64,000 nucleotides of DNA from Ruminiclostridium sp. Its GTDB lineage: Bacteria; Bacillota; Clostridia; Oscillospirales; Ruminococcaceae. Of this stretch, positions 53,849 through 63,088 are shown one piece after another. Position numbers and translations under genes: made by a program. Position 1 is the first letter of the stretch, and each line of letters begins with the position of its first letter. A model generated the notes under the pieces. The model had not been told where the DNA came from. It ran no database searches and saw only the letters and a list, made by a program, of their open reading frames with translations. The stretch covers positions 30,994-94,993 of the forward strand of contig JAGBMA010000092.1 of the NCBI GenBank assembly GCA_017635095.1. The letters run 5' to 3'.

Positions 53849-55976
53849 GATTTTTTCATTGAACCAAAAGATAGTTTTGTGAAAAATCAGATGATCTGAT
53901 TTATTTTTCCGAAAAAAATCATGTCATCTGATTTATGCCCGCGAACCCGCATTGTGAGCGGGTCCGCGGGCATCGGGCAAACTTTGTGGCTTGTTTTCTG
54001 CGTTGAAGGGTGCATTTTCGGTCAGTATAAGCAAAAAAAATCGCTGCGGGCGAACCTGATCCGGGGAAACGAGAAACCTACTGTACCGCTCTGTGCCGCA
54101 GTATGACAGATAGATGAACATTTTTTACCGGTTGGGACAGCAGTCTGAGATCATGATGCTTCCCGGAACATCTAACCCCCACAAAGATTATGAAAATTTT
54201 CGCACCGGTTTATACATTTCCGAGAGCCCGAACTGCTCGGTGTAACTCAGGTAATGAGAGCAGGGTCACACGGTTGTAAAGATGATGAGGGCGAGAACTT
54301 GATACGCCGAATATTGGGTGCTTGCTAAAACGGGCGTAAAAAAAGCAGATAAGACTGTCGTTTTGTGGCGTAAGAATGAAAGAATGGAAATGTTCATATT
54401 TTAAGAAAAAATGCCCGTTTGAGCTGAGGTCGATTTCTTGCCGGAGGAAAGAAAGAAATCGTACTGTCAACGCCATGTGCAGCTTCTGTGTTAAGACTGA
54501 CCCGAAGAATCGCGTCATGGCAAACTCATCGGATTATGACAGGGCGGAGTTTGCAGAGGATATCCGAGGGATATCAGATACTTGTACGTATATGCAAAAT
54601 TTGTGAACAATGCACAATAAAACAAGGTGATTTGCATTGTTTTTCCGGCTCTCGGAATAGGCGTTATGTGAAAAATGAGGTCATTTGAATTTTCACATAA
54701 CGTTTATAAAATCACATTATATACGCTTTGTAAAAGAAAACTTGTGTGAAAAATCAGGTAAGCTCAGTTTTCACCAAACCGGGGAGAGATAGTCTGACCG
54801 GCTTATATCATTAACTTACGACAACTGGATATCAACCAAAAGGGGGTGATTAAAGGGGATTTTTAAACACAAAAATAAGATGATGCGATTTTCCTGAATG
54901 CTGAAGCGCGTTTGCTTTGTTCACAATTTATAATGTTAGTGAATAAACCAATTCATTATTTGGCTGTTCGTGAACATCTTTAATGTGAACAGTTTAAAAA
55001 CGATGATCCGGATTATTTTTTATTCAAATTCGGACATTATTTAAATATTGTCCAAACCTGCTCTGATGGCAAATAATTTCTGTCGATGACGCGGATTTTA
55101 ATGTGAAAAAGTGTCATAAAACCGCAGAATAAAGCGAAATTTCCGTGTTTTCAATACTGCGTCGTTATATAAGCTAATGACCGAGACGGGATTTTCCCCT
55201 AAAAGATAAATCAGATGACTTGAATATTGTATAATTCGACGTAAAAAAGACAAAAAGTAAAGAATTTGACAAAAATCAAAGCAAAAAACTGATATAAAAT
55301 ACAGATTTTTGTCAAAATATTGTGAAAATAATAACAAAAAGCAAGGCTGTAAAAATCAAATGATCCTATTTATTAAAAGTGTGAACAGCTCGGTTTCTTT
55401 CGTTGAAATGCACAAAACTTCTACTGATATCTTCTGTCTCCGGAACTGCATTACCCTGTATTTTACTAACTCCGGTTCGTGTACAATAGGTCGCTTGGTT
55501 CTCATTTCCTCAGCACGAATCAAATAAGACCGGTTAGGAGATAACAATGCAGATCGGCTTAGATGTCCCGCTGAAACGGGAAAATTTGTCAGTTCCTGGG
55601 TGGGAGATGCAAATTCAGAGATGTTCATATTTTAATGAAAAAATGAAAATTCAGGATATCTCTGTTTCAGAGCTCAGGAAATTTCCGAAACGGGTAATAG
55701 TAGGTTCCATTTCACGGGAAATAACTGAGACGAAGGATAAAAAACTGCCGGACGGAAAGAATAGCATGGGAAAGCCTGCTTTCAGACGCCTTACAAAAGT
55801 TATTCATTGTTTGTTATTCTTAAAATTTGAACAGACCGGCTTGCCCGAAAAGATCAAACCGAGCAAAGTCTGCAAAAAATATTGTAAAAAATTGCGGTTG
55901 GCAATAAAAATCACTTGACATTTTGCGATAATTAAGGTATTATAAAATATATATGTATAGGATCAGGTGAATTCAT

Positions 55977-57086
55977 TTGTATTTCGGCAGTGTAAAATTC
56001 TTTAAACATATTATAGTTGCTGTAACAATACTATTAATAATAGTACCTTGTGTGTTCGCTTTCATTCTTTCCTCAAAAGTTGCTCAGCTTGAAGAGGAGA
56101 ACCAGAGCCTACGGTCTGAGATCGGGGAGTACCAGCTTACCGGACATCAGTCCCGCTATGACGCGGACGAGCTTTTCAGCCTTTATAAGGAAAACCTTGA
56201 AAATAAAGATGATTTCCTTAAACTTGCATATGAGTACGATGAGGGAATGTACAAGAACGCCGCGGGTATCGAAGAACAGGCTGTTCCGACTTCATCGGGA
56301 AATATCATAACAGCAGCACCTGTCACAGAGAATAATATAACTCAGTCCGGTACGATAAACGGCCTGGACGAGCCTGAGGAGGAAACCCCGAACAGCGGTA
56401 CGCCCTCGTATCAGATGCTCTATCCCGACCTTTACGCCGAGCTCCCCGAAAATATCATATACAACGACGATATGGACTACGTTTACCTGACTTTTGACGA
56501 CGGTCCTTCCAAATATACAAAGGATATCCTCAATTACCTCAAGGCTTACGACATCAAGGCGACATTCTTCGTAGTGCCCGACGGAAGCGAGGAAAGCAAT
56601 GCCCGTCTGAAAGCTATCGCTGATGCAGGTCACACTATCGGTATCCATACCGCAACACATGAATACGACAAGATATATGCAAGCGTCGATGCCTACCTTG
56701 AGGATTTCAAGATCGCATATGACCGAGTTTATGAAGCCACCGGCCTGAAGTGCAATCTCTTCCGGTTCCCCGGCGGCAGTATCAACGACTACAACACAGA
56801 GATCCGTGATGAGCTTATCGCCGAGATGACAAGGCGCGGGTTCATATACTTCGACTGGAACGTTGACAGCAGCGACGCTATGGGCGCAACATGGACGGAG
56901 ATGTATAACAACGTCCGCACGCAGACCATGGACGTGAACCGCGCAGTCATACTCATGCACGATTACAACGGCGGCTGGAACACGATCCTTGTGCTTGAGG
57001 ATATAATCAAGTGGATAATCGGCAACGGAAAGAGAACTTTCCATGTCGGACAGCTCTCGGAGTTCGTAAAGCCCGTCCAGTTCTGA
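55977..57086 (+). CDS. polysaccharide deacetylase (NodB homology domain) with an N-terminal TM anchor
   Basis: YLTFDDGPSKYT, ATFFV, IGIHTATH and FRFPGG are NodB motifs. The TTG start is preceded by AGGTGA. Confidence 0.8.
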   Translation: MYFGSVKFFKHIIVAVTILLIIVPCVFAFILSSKVAQLEEENQSLRSEIGEYQLTGHQSRYDADELFSLYKENLENKDDFLKLAYEYDEGMYKNAAGIEEQAVPTSSGNIITAAPVTENNITQSGTINGLDEPEEETPNSGTPSYQMLYPDLYAELPENIIYNDDMDYVYLTFDDGPSKYTKDILNYLKAYDIKATFFVVPDGSEESNARLKAIADAGHTIGIHTATHEYDKIYASVDAYLEDFKIAYDRVYEATGLKCNLFRFPGGSINDYNTEIRDELIAEMTRRGFIYFDWNVDSSDAMGATWTEMYNNVRTQTMDVNRAVILMHDYNGGWNTILVLEDIIKWIIGNGKRTFHVGQLSEFVKPVQF

Positions 57087-57176
57087 TAAACGACGTAAAC
57101 GCCCTACGCGGCGGCAAACATACACACATTGAAAGGAGTGCGGATCCGGCATGATAACGGGGATCCGGTCATCAAA

Positions 57177-58265
57177 ATGGGTATAAAGGATAATTTTCAG
57201 CAGGCGCTCAGAGAGCTTACCGGCACCGAAAAGGACGATACCAAGCGTGAAAAGCGCATAGACGCCATGAAAAGCGCAGTCGCTGCGGGCGATACGTCCG
57301 AGTTTGATGCAATAAGAGATGTAAGCGACGGCTCCTCTTTCGAGGAGATAGAGAAAAGAGCGGCCGCGGCTGCCGATGAGTACAGCAGACAGCAGAGCGC
57401 TTATACCGGCGTTCAGCGTATTGACGGCAGCAATATCGGAGATGTTCCGCCTATGCCGGATGATCTCGGCGGTATGGATATGTCCTCCGCCGGTATGCAG
57501 CAGCCCACACAGAATATGGGATATCAGCAGTCCGCGCAGAATATGGGCTATCAGCAGTCTGCACAGAACATGGGCTACCAGCAGTCCTCACAGGATATGG
57601 GATATCAGCAGCCCTCACCGAATACGGGCTATCAGCAGTCCGCTCAGAACATGGGCGGCTACCAGCAGGCTCCGAATGCCGGCTACCGCCAGCCGGGTGC
57701 ATCGGGTATAGGCACCGGTCCGGCAACTGCCGGAGATCCTGCAGCACAGCAGCAGAATATCTTCTCGGCTGCACGTTATCAGCACCCGATGAATGAGGAC
57801 GACGAAATAACGGTCATCTCGAGGAATACAGTCATAGACGGAAATGTGCGTTCTTTCGCCAATATGAGCGTTGACGGCAACATCAAGGGCAACATCGAGA
57901 CCACAAAGGATATAGACCTCAACGGCAAGGTCGTGGGAAATATAGCCTGCAACAACGCACAGATGCGTACATCGCAGATACAGGGCAACATTCAGATGAA
58001 AGGCAACGCTTATATGGAGCGCGACACGCTTCTTATCGGAGACCTTACTTCTACATACGCCAATGTGAACGGCAAGATCAAGGGCAACCTTGACATCACC
58101 GGAAAGGCTGAGCTCAAGAGCGATGCTGTAGTATTCGGCGACATAAGCGCTTCCACGATCACCGTGAATGACGGCGCGATCATACAGGGCTATGTAAGCA
58201 CCACATTCCTCAACAAAGAAGAAAGCAAGAACATATTCCCCGATACTATCACGATCGGCGAATAA
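57177..58265 (+). CDS. bactofilin-family cytoskeletal protein with a Gln/Tyr-rich repeat linker
   Basis: The C-terminal beta-helix repeats (IDGNVRS...VDGNIKGNI...LNGKVVGNI...VNGKIKGNL...VFGDI...INDGAIIQG) are typical of bactofilin/DUF583. The start is uncertain (TTG at 57129 or ATG at 57177). Confidence 0.75.
   Translation: MGIKDNFQQALRELTGTEKDDTKREKRIDAMKSAVAAGDTSEFDAIRDVSDGSSFEEIEKRAAAAADEYSRQQSAYTGVQRIDGSNIGDVPPMPDDLGGMDMSSAGMQQPTQNMGYQQSAQNMGYQQSAQNMGYQQSSQDMGYQQPSPNTGYQQSAQNMGGYQQAPNAGYRQPGASGIGTGPATAGDPAAQQQNIFSAARYQHPMNEDDEITVISRNTVIDGNVRSFANMSVDGNIKGNIETTKDIDLNGKVVGNIACNNAQMRTSQIQGNIQMKGNAYMERDTLLIGDLTSTYANVNGKIKGNLDITGKAELKSDAVVFGDISASTITVNDGAIIQGYVSTTFLNKEESKNIFPDTITIGE
57498..57686 (+). 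repeat. about seven in-frame 27-bp tandem repeats encoding QQ(S/P)xQNMGY
   Basis: Read directly from the sequence. The copies differ mostly at synonymous positions. Confidence 0.9.
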
Positions 58266-58336
58266 AAAAGATCACAAAAAGCTATCCCGCTGCCGAAGCT
58301 TTCCTGCCGTGCAGTGGGATTTTTAACGGAGAAAAA

Positions 58337-59149
58337 ATGGAATACCATTACAAAACGAGCTGTCTTGACCTGAGACAGACCCTTGAAAGCGGTCAGTGTT
58401 TCCGCTGGCGCAGGCAGGAAGACGGCTCATACATAGGGATATCCGGCTGCCATATCCTGAAGATAGCGCAGACCGATGACGGCGCGATACTTACTGTACG
58501 CGACAAGACGGAAGCGGACTACTGGCTCGGGTATTTTGACAGCGCAACGGATTATGAAGCTGTGATAAAGCAGTTTTCCCCGGACAGGACGCTGAGTGAG
58601 GCTGCAGCCGAGAACCGCGGCATCAGGATACTGCGTCAGGAGCCTTTCGAGACGCTCATAAGCTTCATAATCTCTCAGAACAACAATATCCCCCGCATCA
58701 CGGGCATAATCTCACGTCTCTGTGAGAGCTTCGGGGACAGGATAAGCGACGAGTACGGCGGAATGTACTCATTTCCGGACGCGAAGCGGCTCGCGGCACT
58801 CACACCCGATGATCTTGCCCCGTTAAGGGCTGGATTCCGTGTACGCTATATTCTTGATGCCGCATACAAGGTCGCCGACGGAACAGTTGACCTCGGAAGC
58901 ATACGCGCAATGAGCTACGATGACGGAAAAGCGTACCTGAAAACGATCACAGGCGTCGGAGACAAGGTGGCGGACTGCGTGCTCCTGTTTGCATATCACA
59001 AGACCGAGGCTTTCCCCTCCGATGTGTGGATAAAACGTATCGTCGCCGAGTACTACAGCGACGGACTGCCGGAATGCATGGGCGATTACAAAGGTATCGC
59101 TCAGCAATACCTGTTCGAGTATTTCAGAAAAAGAACTCCCGTTAAATAA
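58337..59149 (+). CDS. ogg: 8-oxoguanine DNA glycosylase / HhH-GPD family base-excision repair enzyme
   Basis: LRQTLESGQCFRW, ISQNNNI and GVGDKVADCVLLF...FPSDVW form an HhH-GPD domain with the catalytic Lys/Asp context. Confidence 0.8.
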   Translation: MEYHYKTSCLDLRQTLESGQCFRWRRQEDGSYIGISGCHILKIAQTDDGAILTVRDKTEADYWLGYFDSATDYEAVIKQFSPDRTLSEAAAENRGIRILRQEPFETLISFIISQNNNIPRITGIISRLCESFGDRISDEYGGMYSFPDAKRLAALTPDDLAPLRAGFRVRYILDAAYKVADGTVDLGSIRAMSYDDGKAYLKTITGVGDKVADCVLLFAYHKTEAFPSDVWIKRIVAEYYSDGLPECMGDYKGIAQQYLFEYFRKRTPVK

Positions 59150-59177
59150 AAGCGGGCATTTGAAAGGAAATGATCTC

Positions 59178-59654
59178 ATGATTTGCAGAAATTGCGGAAA
59201 TGAAGCGGAGGACAACGTTCTATTCTGTCCTTTTTGCGGGAAAAAGATAGACGAAATGAAGGATTCCGAGAAGAAATCTGCTGCAGTAAGCGACGTATTC
59301 GGCGATTCTTCTGTTCAGACGGAAACAACAGTCCCCGCATACGAGCCGAAACCCTCGGTAACACCTGTTCCCGCGTTCGAGCCGAAACCCCCGGTAACAC
59401 CTGTTCCCGCGTTTGAGCCGAAGCCCCCGGTGACACCCGTTACCGCGTTTGAGCCGAAGCCTCAGGCGATACCGCCGGTTCAGCCCGCTCAGATACCGCC
59501 TGTGCAGAAGCAGACGGAAGGTACTGCACCCAAAAAGGAGAAGGAGTTCTTCGGAGTCGGCGCATTTGTGCTCTGTCTTGTGGTGATCGGCATTCTTGCC
59601 GCATCTACGGGAGTATTTGCGAGCCTGTATTTCTCGCTCCTCGGCGCTGTATGA
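59178..59654 (+). CDS. zinc-ribbon protein with a Pro-rich tandem repeat and a C-terminal TM anchor
   Basis: MICRNCGNEAEDNVLFCPFCGKKI, then repeats of PVPAFEPKPPVT, then a hydrophobic C-terminus. Confidence 0.65.
   Translation: MICRNCGNEAEDNVLFCPFCGKKIDEMKDSEKKSAAVSDVFGDSSVQTETTVPAYEPKPSVTPVPAFEPKPPVTPVPAFEPKPPVTPVTAFEPKPQAIPPVQPAQIPPVQKQTEGTAPKKEKEFFGVGAFVLCLVVIGILAASTGVFASLYFSLLGAV
59343..59465 (+). repeat. about 3.4 copies of an in-frame 36-bp tandem repeat
   Basis: GAGCCGAAACCC(T/C)CGGTAACACCTGTTCCCGCGTT(C/T) units. Confidence 0.9.
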
Positions 59655-60262
59655 GCGAGTCGTTCAGGAAGATGATACGGCTTGCCGTGATAATATTCCT
59701 TTCCGCGACGGTAGGTATCCTTCTCGGCCAGTTTGTGAGCAACTATGAGATGCGGTTCATGCTCTCGCGGGAATATTGCGGCGATGTTAGCGGTATCGAG
59801 ATATACGCGGTGGGGAATGTTGACCGCGAAAACTTCGTCAAGCATCTTGAGATGCTGGTCGATGCGCCGGAGCAGCTTACCGAGTGCTGTGACAGAATGT
59901 ACTTCACGGGCACCGATCTTGAGATACCCGCCCATGATTCCGGGCTTGGCGACGCGCTCGGGCTTACGCAGGACAGAATGATCTGCATCTCTACCCGGAG
60001 TTTCAGCACTTATGTCGTGTTCCACGAGTTGTTCCATGCGTATGACAATGTGCACGGTACGCTTTCGGAAACAGCCGAGTTTTTGCAGCTTTACTCCGAG
60101 AACGAACGTGCAGTTCCCGTGTTTGCGTCTCACCGCAGTGCTTATGCGGCTGAGTTCTTCGCTCAGGCGGGAGCGCTCTACCTGCTTATGCCCATGGAGC
60201 TTTCATTCTCCGCGCCCGGTCTGTATGAGTATTACAATAATATGCTCAATATATACAACTGA
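59651..60262 (+). CDS. membrane-anchored putative zinc metallopeptidase-like protein (HExxH)
   Basis: An N-terminal TM segment and the motif VVFHELFHAYD. It overlaps the upstream gene by 4 nt. Confidence 0.5.
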   Translation: MSESFRKMIRLAVIIFLSATVGILLGQFVSNYEMRFMLSREYCGDVSGIEIYAVGNVDRENFVKHLEMLVDAPEQLTECCDRMYFTGTDLEIPAHDSGLGDALGLTQDRMICISTRSFSTYVVFHELFHAYDNVHGTLSETAEFLQLYSENERAVPVFASHRSAYAAEFFAQAGALYLLMPMELSFSAPGLYEYYNNMLNIYN

Positions 60263-60450
60263 AAGGATAATACAATCAAAATATACACAGCGTAAATCAT
60301 CTTGAATATACAAATCGACAAAAATATCCCGCTTTCTACAAGCGGGATTTCATTTTGTCGATAAAGCATCATGCACGCTTGACCTACTCGGGAGAGTAAA
60401 GCGCGTGAGCGCCAGACACGCTGCCGAAAAAGTGCCTTTTCGGCAAATTA

Positions 60451-60476
60451 AAGCCCCGTTTTTAAAAACGGGGCTT
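60451..60476. terminator. bidirectional hairpin terminator
   Basis: AAGCCCCG-tttttaaaaa-CGGGGCTT. A second hairpin, GCCGAAAA-6 nt-TTTTCGGC, lies at 60423-60444. Confidence 0.65.
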
Positions 60477-60491
60477 ACTGTTCAGAGAAGC

Positions 60492-61043
60492 TTATTTCAT
60501 GAACGGAAACGAGCGGATTATAGCAGGTTCCTTGGCTTTTCCGCCGCAGACCTGGAAGAAAGCGATGATCTGCAGGACTGTTATGATAAGGAGGCAGATC
60601 GGAGCGGCTATCCAGCCGAGGAACGGCACGATCATAAGGAATGTGCAGAGTATCTCGGAGATCTGGAGCTTCATGGCCTGTCTTACATGGAACTTGAGGT
60701 AAGCCGAGTCGCGGCTCGCGAGGAGTGCGATCACAACGCCGATAACGCTCAGCATATATGTTGCCATAGCATAGACCTTGTTATCCGAGATATCCTTGGG
60801 GTCAAACTCGGAAGTATGATCGTAAGGATTGTACTGAGGAGCAGCCTGCTGATACTGATACTGCTGCTGCTGCTGTTGCTGCTGATACTGCTGCTGGGGC
60901 TGAGGCTGAGGAGCCGGAGCGGGTGCAGGCTCGGGAGCAGCTGCTGAGGGAGTGGGGGCTGCGGCAGCTACAGAAGCACCGCAGGAAGTGCAGAAAACAG
61001 AACCGTCGGGTATCTGAGCTCCGCATTTTGTACAGAATGCCAT
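60492..61043 (-). CDS. zinc-ribbon protein with a Gln-rich linker and a C-terminal multi-TM (DUF4870-like) domain
   Basis: MAFCTKCGAQIPDGSVFCTSCGASV, then the poly-Q tract QQQYQQQQQQQQYQYQQ, then three to four TM helices. Confidence 0.6.
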   Translation of the reverse strand: MAFCTKCGAQIPDGSVFCTSCGASVAAAAPTPSAAAPEPAPAPAPQPQPQQQYQQQQQQQQYQYQQAAPQYNPYDHTSEFDPKDISDNKVYAMATYMLSVIGVVIALLASRDSAYLKFHVRQAMKLQISEILCTFLMIVPFLGWIAAPICLLIITVLQIIAFFQVCGGKAKEPAIIRSFPFMK

Positions 61044-61282
61044 AGATGATCTCTCCTTTTTCTTTTCGCTCTTGTCTGCCGGGTCGGCAAAAGAGCCTTA
61101 CATTGATCGGTGTTTACACGCGTACCGCGTTATCCGGAAGTGTGTGACCGGACATTGGCCGCGGCAATGAGCGCTAAAAAAGCGGTCATTGGACATATAT
61201 TAATTATACCATTATATCCTGCATTTGTCAATGTTCATAGGGTGAAAAAAACCGGCAATGTCATAAACACTGCCGGTAAAAT

Positions 61283-62701
61283 TTATCCCATATTATTCAG
61301 GTGGTATTTTTTGAATATCGTCGGCCAGTCTTTGTAGCTGTAGTCGAGGTCTATACCGCCCTCGATACCGTTGACTCTGCCGGTGAACGAATACTGCCAG
61401 ATATAATAGCCGCCGTCGTAGGTGACTTCATCGCCGACCTGAGCGAGCCATACCGCGTATTTGTCAAGGGTGCTCATATCGAGGTAAGTCTCTATCCAGC
61501 TCTTGTATGAGTAGAACATTGGGAAGTAGCCGTTCTCCATGAGCACTTCAAAGAACGCGTCGATCATGTTGGTGAGCTTCTTCTTGCCGATATTGCCCTG
61601 GTACTGTTCTTCCATATCAAGGATACATGGGTACTGGATCTTGTAATCCTTGATCGTATTCACGAAGAATTCGGCTTCTTCGCGGGCTTCCGCAACGGTG
61701 GAAGCGTAGCTGTAGAAGTAAACGCCGACGTCGATGCCGTATTTCTGGGCTTCTTCTATGTTTCTGCGGAAGCATACGTCCTCTGCCATGGGCTTTTCTT
61801 CGGAGATATAGCCGCGTGCAGCTCTTATGATCGCGAATTCGACGCCGGAAGCTGCAACTTTCTCCCAGTCTATCGAGTCGCCCTGTGCCCAGGAAACGTC
61901 TATACCTTTGCGGAACACATCCGGCTCGTCGATAAGTATATCAACGGTCATATTTTCGAACTCGTATGTAGGTCTGGTATCTGTGAACTGACCGCTCCGG
62001 GTGAGGGTAATGGGCTTGAACCGTGTGTAAGTTGCAGTCTCATTCAGCTGCAGTTTTCCGCTGCATCTTACATTTGACGCTGCACCGACGGTGAGGTGAC
62101 CGCTTACATCTATCGTACCGCTCAGGGAGACGGACATGATACCGCGGAGTTCGAGCATGCTCTTTTCGACAGTACGGATAGTGCTGCTGAGCTTTACGTC
62201 ACTGCTCTTATAGAAACTGAGCACGCCTTTGACGTAGATCTCGGCGCCCTTGTAGATCTTGACGCCGGAGGAGACTTCCACGGAGCCGCGGTTATATACG
62301 GTCATATTGCCGGAAATATTTATCTTTGCGCTGACGGAGGACTGGAAAACGCCGTAGATGTTGAGTTTTCCGCCCTTTTTGATATTGAGCTCGCCGTAGT
62401 TTAGGATAGTTCCGCCGATAGCTGCGGAAAGCTCTCCATAGACCTTGAGGCTCCCGGAGGCGGAGATACGGAGCGTTCCGCCCTCGCGGACGCTTATTTT
62501 GGTGCCCTCGGGGACGGTGAACGCCTGTTTCACTCTTATGGTATCGAGGATATAGTATGTATGTCCGGCTTTTAGCTCGGATCTTCCGTCCCAGACCGTC
62601 GCGGTCGCTGCAGAAGCTTTTATCGGTAACGCGGTAAGCATGAGTGCTATGCACAACAGCAAGGCCGCCGCCGCGCGCATTATTTTAACGTCTTTTGTCA
62701 T
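61283..62701 (-). CDS. secreted GH25 muramidase (lysozyme) with an N-terminal beta-helix-like repeat region
   Basis: KGIDVSWAQGDSIDWEKVAASGVEFAIIRAARGY...GVYFYSYA is a GH25 core. The signal peptide is ...LTALPIKASA. The ATG at 62701 has a GGAAGGG RBS, and the ORF-track start at 62734 is an alternative. Confidence 0.8.
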   Translation of the reverse strand: MTKDVKIMRAAAALLLCIALMLTALPIKASAATATVWDGRSELKAGHTYYILDTIRVKQAFTVPEGTKISVREGGTLRISASGSLKVYGELSAAIGGTILNYGELNIKKGGKLNIYGVFQSSVSAKINISGNMTVYNRGSVEVSSGVKIYKGAEIYVKGVLSFYKSSDVKLSSTIRTVEKSMLELRGIMSVSLSGTIDVSGHLTVGAASNVRCSGKLQLNETATYTRFKPITLTRSGQFTDTRPTYEFENMTVDILIDEPDVFRKGIDVSWAQGDSIDWEKVAASGVEFAIIRAARGYISEEKPMAEDVCFRRNIEEAQKYGIDVGVYFYSYASTVAEAREEAEFFVNTIKDYKIQYPCILDMEEQYQGNIGKKKLTNMIDAFFEVLMENGYFPMFYSYKSWIETYLDMSTLDKYAVWLAQVGDEVTYDGGYYIWQYSFTGRVNGIEGGIDLDYSYKDWPTIFKKYHLNNMG

Positions 62702-63088
62702 AAAAACACCCTTCCGGCAGAAAAATAACTTCATATACCTATTTTCGCATATTTATGGCGAAATGTCAAACATTTTTTTGCATTTTCCATAAATTAATTG
62801 AAAAAAGAGGGCGTAATATGCAGCAAGGGTTTTCCACTTTTCAACGTTAAAAAGCTGTTTAAAACCGATCGACATCATTTCTTTGAACCGGTTTTGAGCG
62901 TTTTCCACAGCAAAAGCTTTGCTATTATTCTTTTTTATTCTGTAAAAAATCACTATTTTTTTGCGGCGGCGGTAAATCGGGTGTAAAAAAGCTTGACGAT
63001 ATCCGGGTTTTGGGTTAAAATTATTTTTGCAGTTATGGGTGAATTATGCCCTTTTGCAGATCATACCAACCGGAAAGTGATATAAAAA

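Noticed and set aside
53879-55374. Possible degenerate CRISPR array or dif/oriC site in the AT-rich island
   Set aside because: Repeat spacing is irregular (39 to about 750 nt) and there are no cas genes. I could not find a convincing match to the Firmicute dif consensus: the nearest candidate, around 54700-54730, has too many mismatches. I found no clusters of TTATCCACA DnaA boxes, and no dnaA or dnaN gene is adjacent.
53921-55918. Short ORFs inside the AT-rich island (53921-54106, 53933-54121, 54210-54518, 54376-54606, 55098-55337, 55309-55527, 55356-55628, 55547-55918)
   Set aside because: They overlap each other on both strands, lack Shine-Dalgarno sequences, and have odd composition with no recognisable domains. 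I could not support any of them as a gene, so the region is reported as non-coding instead.
56292-57152. 286-aa ORF on the minus strand
   Set aside because: It is antisense to the polysaccharide deacetylase gene, which has the NodB motifs.
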